Below are positions 13,411-26,498 of a stretch of DNA of 64,000 nucleotides, one piece after another. Numbering within the stretch: the stretch's first letter is position 1; every line of letters begins with the position of its first letter. The DNA is taken from the NCBI RefSeq assembly GCF_039654945.1, contig NW_027362117.1, positions 682,001-746,000 of the forward strand, in the 5' to 3' direction. Made by a program: the position numbers and the translations under genes. This stretch comes from Dendrobates tinctorius (Eukaryota). The notes under the pieces were generated by a model. It saw nothing but the letters and a program-made list of their open reading frames with translations. It made no database searches and was not told the origin of the DNA.

Positions 13411-13729
13411 GGATAACTATCCATCGAGGGGGAAAAACACGGTTAAAAGCATGGCTGCTGGAAGTGGAAACAGTCTCTGGCTGCGGTGACTGTAGAGGTT
13501 GTTCTTTCCCATTGACATTTCCATGCTGCACCGGCATCTTTTCAAGTAACAAAAACAAGATTTTGTTTTTTGTTTTCATTTGAAAAAGATGCCGGTGCAG
13601 CATGGAAATGTGTAGTGGGAAAGAACAACCTCTACAATCACCGCAGCCAGAGACTCTTTCCAGCAGCCACGTTTTTAATCATGTTTTTATCCCTATTTGG
13701 AATAACAATGTTTTACTGTGCCCATATAA

Positions 13730-14640
13730 GGCCTCCGTCACACATCCATGTTTCCGGTAAGTGTGCCGTCCGTTTTCACACGTACCAGAGACACGTAAAC
13801 AAGCATACCCATTATAATCTATGGAGCCACACACATGTCCTTTTATTTTTCCTGCAGCATGGATGACAATACATACCGCACCGCACATGGATGACGTGAG
13901 TGTGACATCCCTCTGCCGTCCAGGTGACACATACTGGAACAGAATGCAGAATAGAAATGAAAGATTTGTATGTGTTTAAAATGTGTAGCGATAGATAAAT
14001 AGATGATAAATAGATATTCGTGAGATACATAATTAGTGCTTTGCGTATGCAGTTTACCTTACATGGATTAATCTAATAAATAAAAATGAAACAAACCAGC
14101 AAAGGTAAAGAAAATATTCTCCAACACTTTACCTGGTTCACCACTTAATAAAAAAAAAAAAATCCCACACAGGTCCCATGTAGCCCAGGGACACCAACGT
14201 AGTCCACAAATGGAACCTGAAACACATAAAAAGAGAGAAATAAAAACAAGACACTTTCACCACTTTGTTATAAAAAAAAAGTTCCCACGCTGCCTTGACA
14301 TAGTCCAGCGCTTCCCACAACATTCCCTAAATCCGGGTCATGCTGCGCTCAGCAAGACCCAGCAACAGTGAATAGCAGTAACATTAGTGACATCACCGCT
14401 CCTATCTGTCGCTGGGTCTCGCTGAGCGCAGTGTGATATGGATTCAGGGAACGTAATGGGAAGTGCTGGACTATGTCGGAGCTGCACGAAGAACAGCGTC
14501 TTGTTTATGTTTCTCTTTTGTTTTTCAGGTTTCCATTTGTGGACTACGTCGGATTCCCTGTACTATGTCGGATCTGCGTGGGATTTTTTTTTAAATTAGT
14601 AAACCAGGAAAAGTTTCAGGGAGTGTTTTTTTTTTAAATA
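13730..14640. mobile_element. Degenerate palindromic MITE (Harbinger-like start)
   Basis: TAA-GGCCTCCGTCACACA start; inverted arms around about 14385. Confidence 0.45.
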
Positions 14641-14643
14641 AAG

Positions 14644-16948
14644 TGTCACGATTCCTCTGCTCAGAGTGTCTGGGACTCTGTGATGGACAGCGCTGTCACC
14701 TTATCCTGTCCTGGGGCGTGCTGAGATGTTGGTGCTTTGATTGACAGCTCGGTGACCTATCTGGCTGGAAGGTGCAGAGATTTCCACAGATGCTCCCTGT
14801 TCTTGGTAATTGCCCTGCTATTTAGGTGAGCTGTTGGCCCAGATCATTGCCAGTCAAAAGCTTATTCTAAGCCTGTTGCTCTCTGGTGTGTGGTCGCCTG
14901 TACCCTGTGCAGTCGCCTGTACGCCTGTACCCTGTGCTGTAAGCTCCTCCTCCTCTTCTTCTTCTTCCTCTTCTTCTCCCCTTTAGTGTCAGGAACACCG
15001 CACTGCACTTGCTCACTGAGCCAGTGCGCGTGTCCTGAGTAAGACAAACTGTGCTCTAAGATACCTGTGGTGCGAGCAGCAACAGTGACGATGCATGCTG
15101 CAGACCCACAGGACCTGAAGCACGTGACTGCTATGGGCATGACCTAAACTCCAGAGAGCTAGAAGCTGCAGGAAAACTCCTAGAAAGGTAGCTACGGGAC
15201 AAAGTTACCAAGGGGCATAGACAGGGACGTAAACCAGATCAGGCCGGGGTCAAAGCATGAGATAGCACGACAATACCAAAGGATTTAGATAGAACGGATA
15301 GTCAGGACATAGCTGTCATGATCCATGCTGGATCAGGACTGATAAAAAGCACAGGTAACCTTTTTTTTTCTTAAGCTGTGCTTAAGTTTGGTTTTTGCCC
15401 CCGGTGGCCATTAGGATTATTGCAATGTGGTGTCTTTTGTTCTAAGTTTGCCCCCGGTGGTGGTGAGCATCATTGCACTCTGTTTCTTTAGTTAAGTGCA
15501 CATGATTATAATGCAGGTGTGATGACTCTGGCTCTGCTATAAAAGAGTCACAGGTATTGCAATCAGTGTTGGTGATAGTGTTCATTTTAACCATCCTTGG
15601 TGGAGGAAGGAGCTGGAGAGCGTTCCTTGCAGCACTGTCTTAGCCCTGGTGTGGAAGGAGTCATAGGGGATTTCCTTGTAGCTCTGACAGAGCTTGGTGG
15701 CAGCGATTCAAGAGGAGAGCTGCATTCTGGTGGTGGACTCTGTTGCCAGGAGCAAGTGCAACAGAGTAAAGCTAAGTGGTGTTTCCCTGTTTGTGTTTTT
15801 CCTTAGTGTGTATTAGTACAGCGGTGGGGCCAGTGCCTGCACCACCCAGCTCCCTAGCAAGGTATAGGTGTAGGGTGTGCTAGGGTGACAGGTTCCTGAT
15901 CGGCGCCCGGTGCGGAACCGGCATAGGGAACGTTAGGAGCAGTAGAGACACTGACTCAGGGGAGTGCAGGAGGTCTCCACATCCCCTTTCCCTATTGCAG
16001 GGCCCACCATTTTAACTGTTTCCCCTTTCCCCGTGTCTTGTTTTAGTTACCGGCCTGCGGGCCATGTCACACAGGACAGTATCACGTGCCGCGTCTTGTT
16101 GTTTTAGTTACCGGCCTGCGGGTCGCGTCACACAGGACTCATTGTGGTATTTGTGATGCAGGGGGGGATGATGATGATGGTGGAGATGTAAGGAGGAAGA
16201 CCGGGCCGCTGATACCTGTATTGAGCCGGGATCAGAACTGTTGAGGCTGCGTCCCTTGTTGCCCGGGGAAAAGAATAGGGGACCGGATGGACCCCATGAT
16301 CAATACCAAGTGGGGGCGTGTAAAAAAAAAAAAAAAAAAAGTGCGCGCAGCGACAGCGAGTTTCCCGCAGGCAGAGCAGGTGCGGGCGCAGCGTGCTCCG
16401 GGGTCCAGGCATCAGCGACAGACTGCGGCCGACATCCCACGAGCACTGCACCAGGACTGTGAGCAGAGACAGGGCCGTGGGCTCAGTTAAGTTTGCGGCC
16501 GCGCTCGTGCGTAGAAGCGTGGGCTGTGTACAGGACCCTGCGCTGCGGCCCCCCCTTGCTGACCAGCACACTAGAGACCTCACTTGATACCGGGGGTTTT
16601 TGCAGCACCCTTGAATTTGGCTGCACGAGATTATGGACTAGGGGCTCAATGGGTAAAAACTGGAGACCGGACGCCCGTTGCTGCGAGAAGTTGGACCGTG
16701 AGCTGTGGAGCCCCATCTGAGGACACTTCTCCGGATGTTGCTCCTACTACAACCCTCAACGGATCATCTGCAGCTGAGGAAACCACAGAGATGATAAGTT
16801 TACTAAGTGAACTGTTGCTCCGCTGCCATTTTTCTTTCTCCATTTCCAATTTAACTGTTTATCTCCCTGTGAGGAGGACTTTCAGTGTTTAAATTGTTAA
16901 CCCTTGCTCTGCCTTCCTTGCATCACTGCATCCCGCAACCTGCTTACA
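14644..16948. mobile_element. Cluster of LTR-like fragments or solo LTRs
   Basis: TGTCA/TGTGA starts at 14644, 15314 and 16152; TCACA/TTACA ends at 16071, 16132 and 16948; TATAAAA at about 15538; no clean TSDs. Confidence 0.45.
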
Positions 16949-17905
16949 GAGACACAGCATTGTATCCTAATTAACGACTATTTTTTAGCAAACCAAGAAG
17001 AATAGACTGTAAAGCCGGGGTCTCCCTTGCGTGTGCAATGCGAGGAACTCGCGCATCAATACCCGGCACTGCCGCCGGCACTCGGACCGGAGCTGCGGCT
17101 GCATGTATTTCTATGCAGCTGAATGCTCCAGTCCCGAGTGCCGGCGGCAGTGCCGGGTATTGATGCGGGCGTTGGGTGGGACGATCCTGGGTCCATGCGG
17201 TTTCGGCTAGCGAACTGGGGCGCCCACTGTCCCCCGTGTCTCCACAATGACGACCGCAGCTTTTAAGCAATTCTGGCAAATGCCTGTCTGGTCTTGGGCT
17301 GCCTTGACTGCTACATTGTTATTTGGATCTGCATCCTCAAGACGCCCACAGTGTTAGCAGTTGTGACACAGCTCAAAGTCGCTGACTTCATCACCTACCC
17401 CAGCGGGCCACGGGCTTCCCTTTTGTCTGCGAATTGCCGAGGCCAGCACCAACAGGGTAACATGAAAAACTGGAAAGGTTGCACCATGAATTGCCAAGAA
17501 TGATTACTCTAGAACACTGAAAATGGGAAAAAGGAAAAAAGGAGCTATATAGTGTATATATGAAATATTCATCTGCAAAATTGCTATGAAAATACAGTAA
17601 AAAGAAGGTACTTAGCACATAGATTGGTCAATATATGTGAGTCCAACTGCCACATCAAGGTGTCCTTCAAAGTTGGATCCCTGTCTGATATGACTCCTTT
17701 CCAGGGCAAAAAGCAAAATCTCTAAAGGCACCCCCCAATTATTGCAAGTCTTTAAAAGTATCATCTTTTTATATAGGCCAAAGGGACTTTTAAGGCCCCC
17801 TAGGCTCTAGGGCCTGAGTTACTGTAGTTTCGCCCCTGATCATTTTACCGCATGTATGCAATTTGCATAAATGCTGTCACGTGCTGACTAGATGTGCACG
17901 GCCTC

Positions 17906-20631
17906 CAGGGCCGGACTGGGACTAAAATTCAGCCCTGGCATTTGAAGTTACACAGGCCCACTAGTCACATGGTGACTATATAATATCTTTGTACACTTGT
18001 AGGTTACAAGAAGTGAGAGGAGATTAACACGACTATATAACATGTAGTCAGAGCTGTGCCCAGTATATCAGGTCAGTCCCATTTATTGCTTTTAGTTGCA
18101 GTACTCCTCCCAAAGCTCTGCCCCCTTTTGTACGCACGATGACAGAATTCCTGGCAGAACTGCTATCCACTGGGCAACCAGACCCCCTGGTCATAGCCGC
18201 CCCTATCATACCTCCCAACTTTTGAAGAAGGGAAAGAGGGAGAAAGACTGCGGCGCGCCCCTGCCACATCCGTTTCACAACTAGTCACACCCATGTCCAC
18301 GCCCAACCGCACCCATTTAGCACTGCTGATCACACTGACTGGTACTGAGGGCACAGTGGCTGGCATTATGGGCACACTGACTGGCACTAAGGAAGAGAGA
18401 AAACAGAGAGAGAGAAAGAAGAAAGANNNNNNNNNNNNNNNNNNNNNNNNNNNNNNNNNNNNNNNNNNNNNNNNNNNNNNNNNNNNNNNNNNNNNNNNNN
18501 NNNNNNNNNNNNNNNNNNNNNNNNNNNNNNNNNNNNNNNNNNNNNNNNNNNNNNNNNNNNNNAAAGAACAGAGAGAGAGAAATAAAATGAGGGAAAGACA
18601 GAACAGAGAATGAGAAAGAAAGAACAGAGAAAGAAAGAAAAAGAGAGAAAAAAATAAAGATTCTATAAAGATACTATAGCAGCCCGGCTCCCATTGTAGT
18701 GCCCACCTGAGACTCCCGATGCAGGACATATGATGATCCGCTCACATGGCCGGCATCCCCGATTCCAAGGTGATCCTGCTGTCTGCGCTGTCAGAGGAGG
18801 ACACGGTGATGGATCTGAAGCATTCCTGGTTCCGTCACAATCTCCACAAGAAATTATCTCATTTCCGGTCAGCTTCCAGCACATCACTTCCGGTGGAACG
18901 TCATGTGTGAGTTTTAAAATGCTCCTCGGGGCTCCGCCGTCTACTCCTGTGTCCGTGGGAAAAGCCCGCTTTGTATGCTTCGCACACACTCGGCTCCGCT
19001 CCATACATCCCGTACACATATGGCTCCACTCCGTACACCTCGTACACACATGGCTCCTCTCCGTACACCTCGTACACACACGGCTCCGTTCTGCACACCT
19101 CGTACACACACGGCTCCGCTCCGTACACCCCGTACACACACGGCTCCGCTCCGTACACCCCATACACACGCGGCTCCACTCCGTACACCCCGTACACATG
19201 CGGCTCCGCTCCGTACACACGCGGCTCCGCTCCGTACACCCCGTACACACACAGCTCCGCTCCGTACACCCCGTACACACGCGGCTCCGCTCCGTACACA
19301 CGCGGCTCCGCTCCGTACACCTAGTACACGCGCGGCTCCGCTCCGTACACACAGGGCTCCGCTCCGTACACCTCGAACACACACGGCTCCGCTCCTTACA
19401 CCCCGTACACACAGGGCTCCGCTCCGTACACCTCGTACACACGCGGCTCCGCTCCGTACACCTCGTACACACGCGGCTCCTCTCCGTACACCTCGTACAC
19501 ACGCGGCTCCTCTCCGTACACCTCGTACACATGCGGCTCCGCTCCGTACACTCCGTACACCCCGTACACACACGGCTCCGCTCCGTACACCCCGTACACA
19601 TGCAGCTCCGCTCCGTACACCTCGTACACACACAGCTCCGCTCTGTACACCTTGTACACACACGGCTCCGCTCCGTACACCCCGTACACACGCGGCTCCG
19701 CTCCGTACACCCCGTACACACGCGGCTCCGCTCCGTACACCTAGTACACGCGCGGCTCCGCTCCGTACACCTCGAACACACACGGCTCCGCTCCGTACAC
19801 CTTGTACACACAGGGCTCCGCTCCGTACACCTCGAACACACGCGACTCCGCTCCGTACACCTCGTACACACGCGGCTCCGCTCCGTACACCTCGAACACA
19901 CGCGACTCCGCTCCGTACACCTCGTACACACGCGGCTCTGCTCCGTACACCTCGTACATGAGCGGCTCCTCTCCGTACACCTCGTACACATGCGGCTCCG
20001 CTCCGTACACTCCGTACACCTCGTACACACGCGGCTCCTCTCCGTACACCTCGTACATGAGCGGCTCCTCTCCGTACACCTCGTACACACGCGGCTCCTC
20101 TCCGTACACCTCGTACACACGTGGCTCCGCTCCGTACACCTTGTACACACGCGTCTTCTGCTCTGTACACCTCGTACACACACACGGCTCTGCTACATCC
20201 ACCCTGTAAACCCCTCCTGACCCCACACATACTTCCCTCATCCAGCAGCATGACAACCAGCACAGCAGAGTCTTGCAGACACCAAGAGGCAGGGCTGTGC
20301 GCACAGGACCTGTGATGAGGTCACAGGGGGGGGGCGTTGTCAGGGGTCACATGATCAGGGGTCTGGACAAAGGCTCCTGATCATGTGACCTCTGAATCCT
20401 CCCTTCCTATGACCTCATCACAGGTCCTGTGTACAGAGAAGAGAGCAGGCAAGCGACGCTGTGAGTGGCTGCTGGGGGGGGGTCTAAAGCTAGGGCGAGG
20501 ATGGGGTGTGTGGCAGCTTATCTCCCTGCAGTGCCCGCAGAGGGCCAGATGAGTGGGCGCTGCCGCCCGGCCCACATGACAGCGGCCCAGCGGGAAAATG
20601 CCCAGTTGGGCATATTACCAATCCGTGCCTG
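17906..20631. mobile_element. Non-autonomous hAT element carrying an internal minisatellite
   Basis: Imperfect TIR CAGGGCCGGACTGG / CCAATCCGTGCCTG; perfect 8-bp TSD ACGGCCTC (17898-17905 and 20632-20639). Confidence 0.85.
18985..20190. repeat. Diverged 30/21-bp minisatellite; reverse-complement relative of 6800-8290
   Basis: CGGCTCCGCTCCGTACACCTCGTACACA units. Confidence 0.95.
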
Positions 20632-20704
20632 ACGGCCTCACAGTGTGCGCCATGAGGATTCAGAAGTCTGAAGTCACATAGACTTTAATCTCAGCCCGTT
20701 TAAC

Positions 20705-23090
20705 AAGGGCTGTGGAGTCGGTAAGCCAAACCTGCGACTCCGACTCCCACATATATTGCTTATATTTAAGTGAAAAATGTATTGTAGTACAATGTGAACA
20801 TCAGACATTTAATCATTTTTATAATAAAATAATCAAGATATTTAGATAGAACATTATATCTATTTATTGGAATACAACTTTAGAACACAAAAAACTAATA
20901 AATTGTAAATATGTAATACACTGTGTAATATCGATTACATATATCACTATGTAATAAACTATGTAAGTGGCAAAAAACAGTTTTCAACAAAAACATACTA
21001 AATAACATTTGTGTACAAAAATCCAAGATCACCTCCAATTGGAGTACAGATCAACACCAGAGCATTTCAAATGGTAAAATATAATTACTTTTATTAATAC
21101 AAATATCAAAACATTAAAAGACATACAAGTTTCCAAGATCAGTGCAAAAAGAGAGGGACCTGCAACTCCCATTATATGTGTTTTTCTGCTGCATGGTATA
21201 GAACCTCATAGCTACTAAGCAGTCAGTTGATGTATGCTCCTGGAAAGCTATACTATAAATGTCTGCTGTTTACTCAAACATGCAGAGTATAATGACTACA
21301 CAGCACAAGCTTATCGGTTCAGATAAACCAAAGTTATAAAATAACATCCATGGTATACCTATGTAAACTAGTTAGCATTAGAGCTACTGAGGCCATTACC
21401 TGAATCCTGGCAGCGTTAATAGAAGTCCCCTGGGAGAAAAATCCCTCCACCCCGACATGCACGTTTTGCTCCCAGCTTCCGAGGAAGCTTATATTTTACC
21501 ATTTGAAATGCTCTGGTGTTGATCTGTACTCCAATTGGAGGTGATCTTGGATTTTTGTACTCATTTGTGGTGAGCATTACTATTGATAATTTGGCTAGGG
21601 TAGTAGTAAATAACATTTGTGCAGTCTATGAATTTCTTATGAGAAATAGAATTGCCTCCATCAGATCCTCCCTCATTGATGACCTCACATCTGACCTAAT
21701 AATTTAAAGGCCAGAGAACAACCTCTCTACAGTAACTTGGGTTGGAGGCAAAGCCGTAACCACATGGGAACATCTCTAACAATTCCCGGGTATAAAGGAA
21801 TTGCCTCCTGCACAGTCAGTTTTGATGAATGGTTGAATTTTTCAATTTCTTTGAGAGAAAGTGAAACATTTTGCAGAAATATGGTCAATCTGCTGCTATA
21901 GGAGACGGAGTGAAATCTTTTTCCTTGCGGCAACGCTTTGCCTGCTCCATGTCATCCAAATACTTGTCAAAGTCAAACTCCGCGTCTGATGAGGATGAAG
22001 ATATGGCAGCAGTAGCGCTGTCAGGACCCAAGTCCTCTTGCGCCTGGCCGTCCTCCTGTAGGCCACTCATCCTAACCGCTACCTCAGTCAGAGCTTCTTT
22101 TCCTTTAGTAAGCTGTTGATCATCAAGCAATATACGATGACTCGGGTCCACATAAACAGCTGCCAGAAAAATTTTATTTTCCAATAGCTGTGTCTCTCTC
22201 CATTTCATTGAAGCAGAAATGCCATCTGCGATTAAATCTCCTCTTTGGGACAGGCAAAATAGCAAGTTCTTCCACTCCCTTATGAAAATGCCAGGAGTTA
22301 AATCCTCAGCTTGTAATTTTTTAGTCACTGTAAATAGGTGATTAAGCAATTCCTTCAATTCAGCCACCTGTGTCCATTGACCTTCATTTAGGGTTACCTG
22401 AGGGTTCGTCATAACTATAAGGAACGGTTTTAGCCAGGATCAAAACTAGGGGGGGGGCAGAACCTCATGCTGTTCTGCAGAATCTCATACTGCACACCTC
22501 AGCTGCTGCAGAATCTCATACTGCACACCCCTACACTTGAAAATAAAGCCTGCACCATAAGAAGATGTGGTGATGAATGCAGTCTATTTATTCCAACTAT
22601 CAGTTGATGTTGATGTTACTGAAGACGAGCAATGCCTGTCCTGGGCGTCCTTTTGGGCAGCAATGAGGTGTACCTGACTGGTGCTAAATAAAAGGAGTGT
22701 TAGTCTGTCTGCTACCCGGCTTTCATTCTTTTTGGTACAGATAAGATATGGATAGACAGATATGGATAAATGGATATATGGATAGAGCAGATTTCTAATC
22801 TGCTTTTGCTATTGAAAACATTATCTATGAGCTCAAAAACCTTTCAGGTGATGCAGTTTTTTAAAAAGATGATCGGCTTTTGCAGCTGAAAAACGTATCC
22901 TCAAAAAACGCAGGAAAAACGCTGTGTGTGAATGTAGCCTTAGATCAGGATTAGAACAGTCATTTATAGGACATTTCATAACTTCCCCAAATTCCTATGA
23001 AAAAATATTCTGCATTGAACTACTGGACCCAATTTATTATATATTTTAGGAGTCGGAGTCGGACCATTTTATACCGACTCCACAGCCCTG
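20705..23090 (-). mobile_element. Internally deleted hAT transposon with transposase remnant
   Basis: TIR (C/A)AGGGCTGTGGAGTCGGTA with GGAGTC subterminal repeats; minus-strand ORF 21885-22412; hATC dimerisation-like LPPTQVTVER..FSGL...RSSMREDLMEAILFL at about 21630-21760; no TSD recovered. Confidence 0.82.
21014..21606. mobile_element. Penelope-like (or other TPRT) insertion nested in the hAT remnant
   Basis: 15-bp TSD TAAATAACATTTGTG; perfect 72-bp inverted repeat (21013-21084 / 21489-21560); degenerate hammerhead-like motif. Confidence 0.55.
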
Positions 23091-23481
23091 CAACTATCAG
23101 TATGGTATTATCAGTCCTGTAGATGCTGGTAATATTTGGTTACGGTTTGTTGGTATTTGTAATATTACAATATTATTATGTTGATATTATAGTTATTTAA
23201 TCTTATATAACAACCTCATTGGTATTATTAGAACTATCTCCCATCTGAGGCTGTGAGGACGGCGCGGGCCTCCCTGATTTCCAATGCCAGAACTTTCCGC
23301 CCCCGTCTGTCCCTGGTGGTCGTCACATCACAGTCTCTTCTATGGCTCCTGTGCTTCATGAATTTGGTGTAAAATAAAAAAATGTAATTATCTTTAACTG
23401 TTTTTTTTTTTTTTTTATATTAAAAGCCAAAAGTTGCAAATCCTCTAAAAAGTTCCTCGTTTGTCTTAACATGAGCCAACC

Positions 23482-23760
23482 TGACACCCCCGACCCTTCA
23501 CCCCCCCCCCGACCCTTCACCCCCGACCCTTCACCCCCCCGACCCTTCACCCCCCCTTCACCCCCGACCCTTCACCCCCCCTTCACCCCCGACCCTTCAC
23601 CCCCCCTTCACCCCCCCGACCCTTCACCCCCGACCCTTCACCCCCCCCGACCCTTCACCCCCGACCCCCTTCACCCCCGACCCTTCACCCCCCCCGACCC
23701 TTCACCCCCCCCGACCCTTCCCCCGACCCTTCACCCCCCGACCCTTCCCCCGACCCTTCC
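23482..23760. repeat. C-rich minisatellite (CnGACCCTTCA)
   Basis: Tandem short units; G4-prone on the minus strand. Confidence 0.9.
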
Positions 23761-23929
23761 TCCAGGCCGGGATTAGTGATATGGGCCAAATAAAGGGACA
23801 TTTGGTGAAAGTTACTTTTCATGAATTTGTCTGAAACATCCAGAAAAGCGAAAATGCTGAGGAAAAAAAACCGAAAAAAAAAAATGAAATGAAATCAGGC
23901 GCAAATACTAAAAAGAAGCAATTCCTCCT

Positions 23930-24144
23930 CCTAGAATGGCCAGTGAGCCGGGGCCCCGACCCCGGGGTCTCTCCACACTCCGTGATGTAACGTGTCTTCA
24001 AGTAGGAGGAGGCCGGGGAGGAGCGGTGTGACCGGGGAGGAGCGGTGTGACCGGGGCCGGGGAGGAGCGGTGTGACCGGGCGTGCCGGGACGTGTCTTCT
24101 TCTTCTCCCCCAGCTCGCAGGCCTCCGCCCGCTCCTCTCCGCAG
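23930..24144 (+). promoter_or_regulatory. Probable PARP3 CpG-island promoter and non-coding first exon
   Basis: CpG-rich stretch ending in a consensus donor CAG|GTGAGT at 24145; the coding exon at 26498 has its own acceptor, so an upstream exon is required. Confidence 0.55.
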
Positions 24145-24610
24145 GTGAGTGCCCCGCAGTGTGGGGGGTCCGGGGGGCTCCGCAGGCCCAGTGTGGGGGG
24201 TCCGGGGGGCTCCGCAGGTGAGTGCCCCGTAGTGTGGGGGGTCCGGGGGGCTCCGCAGGTGAGTGCCCCGCAGTGTGGGGGTCCGGGGGGCTCCGCAGGC
24301 CCAGTGTGGGGGGTCCGGGGGGCTCCGCAGGCCCAGTGTGGGGGGTCCGGGGGGCTCCGCAGGTGAGTGCCCCGCAGTGTGGGGGGTCCGGGGGGCTCCG
24401 CAGGTGAGTGCCCCGCAGTGTGGGGGGTCCGGGGGGCTCCGCAGGCCCAGTGTGGGGGGTCCGGGGGGCTCCGCAGGTGAGTGCCCCGCAGTGTGGGGGG
24501 TCCGGGGGGCTCCGCAGGCCCAGTGTGGGGGGTCCGGGGGGCTCCGCAGGCCCAGTGTGGGGGGTCCGGGGGGCTCCGCAGGCCCAGTGTGGGGGGTCCG
24601 GGGGGCTCCG
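24137..24610. repeat. 33/41-bp G-rich minisatellite containing splice-donor copies
   Basis: CTCCGCAG(GTGAGTGCCCCG|GCC)CAGTGTGGGGGGTCCGGGGGG units. Confidence 0.95.
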
Positions 24611-25304
24611 CTGCTCCTCTTATGTCACACACAGCACTGGGTGGCTGAAACTTTTGCAGCCAGTGTAGAACTACAAGTCCCAGCCTCCCGGCTCAGTGTG
24701 GCCAGAGCTGCAGTAGGAGCCTGTGCGATGGGTGAAGGCCACACACTGTGACCCTGGAGGTAGACGGGGCATCCCGGGACTTGTAGTTCTCCAGCAGTGA
24801 CAGTGCAGGGGGCTCCTCGCCATCACCGGGGCGGACGCTGTGGGATTGTCTGGAGATTCTCCAGATTCTCTTCACCTGACTCCTCACAAGATCCTGGTCT
24901 GATGTGTGACGTGTAGCAGCAGAGCTGGGGGGATTCACAGCATCGAGCCCCTCATGGGGGGTCACTACCTGGGAGCAGCCATCGCTGCCGTCTGACCTAC
25001 ACGTGTGTATATATATATATATATATATATATGGCGGCAGCACTGTAGGAAGCTGACACATGGTCAGAGGTTATGGAATCTCCGCTGTCACCACGATCCC
25101 CCAGGGACACACATATAGGAGTCTGCTGACAGGTGAGCTGGGAGTGGCAGGCGGCCATGTGACCCGCTGGGTGAGTGGCGGCAGGTGCAGCACTGGGGCT
25201 GTCACTATGTGGAGGAGGCTAAAGGTTCATCTGACAAGTCTCATTAACCCATTGCTGGAGGAGGAGGTCACTTACAGCAAGAGAACAAGTCAGATAAGGC
25301 TGCA

Positions 25305-26290
25305 GGTAACCCCCCCCCCCCTGACATCAGGGCTGGACAGAGGCGGCAGATAACCCCGGCCCCCCGACATCAGGGCTGGACAGAGGCGGCAGATAACCCC
25401 GGCCCCCCCTGACATCAGGGCTGGACAGAGGCGGCAGATAACCCCGGCCCCCCCTGACATCAGGGCTGGACAGAGGCGGCAGATAACCCCGGCCCCCCCT
25501 GACATCAGGGCTGGACAGAGGCGGCAGATAACCCCGGCCCCCCCTGACATCAGGGCTGGACAGAGGCGGCAGATAACCCCGGCCCCCCCTGACATCAGGG
25601 CTGGACAGAGGCGGCAGATAACCCCGGCCCCCCCTGACATCAGGGCTGGACAGAGGCGGCAGATAACCCCGGCCCCCCCTGACATCAGGGCTGGACAGAG
25701 GCGGCAGATAACCCCGGCCCCCCCTGACATCAGGGCTGGACAGGGGCGGCAGATAACCCCGGCCCCCCCTGACATCAGGGCTGGACAGAGGCGGCAGATA
25801 ACCCCGGCCCCCCCTGACATCAGGGCTGGACAGAGGCGGCAGATAACCCCGGCCCCCCCTGACATCAGGGCTGGACAGAGGCGGCAGATAACCCCGGCCC
25901 CCCCTGACATCAGGGCTGGACAGAGGCGGCAGATAACCCCGGCCCCCCCTGACATCAGGGCTGGACAGAGGCGGCAGATAACCCCGGCCCCCCCTGACAT
26001 CAGGGCTGGACAGAGGCGGCAGATAACCCCGGCCCCCCCTGACATCAGGGCTGGACAGAGGCGGCAGATAACCCCGGCCCCCCCTGACATCAGGGCTGGA
26101 CAGAGGCGGCAGATAACCCCGGCCCCCCCTGACATCAGGGCTGGACAGAGGCGGCAGATAACCCCGGCCCCCCCTGACATCAGGGCTGGACAGAGGCGGC
26201 AGATAACCCCGGCCCCCCCTGACATCAGGGCTGGACAGAGGCGGCAGATAACCCCGGCCCCCCCTGACATCAGGGGCTGGACAGAGGCAC
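25305..26290. repeat. 45-bp minisatellite
   Basis: About 21 near-identical copies. Confidence 0.97.
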
Positions 26291-26498
26291 ATAATTTCAG
26301 CAGCAGCTTACTGATGGTTTCCAGTGTTTTATTTATGCTTCATAGAGACAAATGTAAATGGTAACAATGTATCACCAGGAAGAGACAATCGCTGACAGAG
26401 GATGACTCTTTAAGGGGGAAGCGTCACTGTGAATCGTCAGCAGAGGTTGGGTTACAATGGCCGTAATATGAGGCACAACCTTTACTTGTGGTCACAGA

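Noticed and set aside
18427-18562. N-runs (also 55885-56087 and 56164-56301)
   Set aside because: Masked or gap sequence flanked by GA/GT low-complexity DNA; not interpretable
21885-22412. Domesticated ZBED-like gene
   Set aside because: N-terminally truncated, frameshifted, and bounded by TIRs; a transposon remnant
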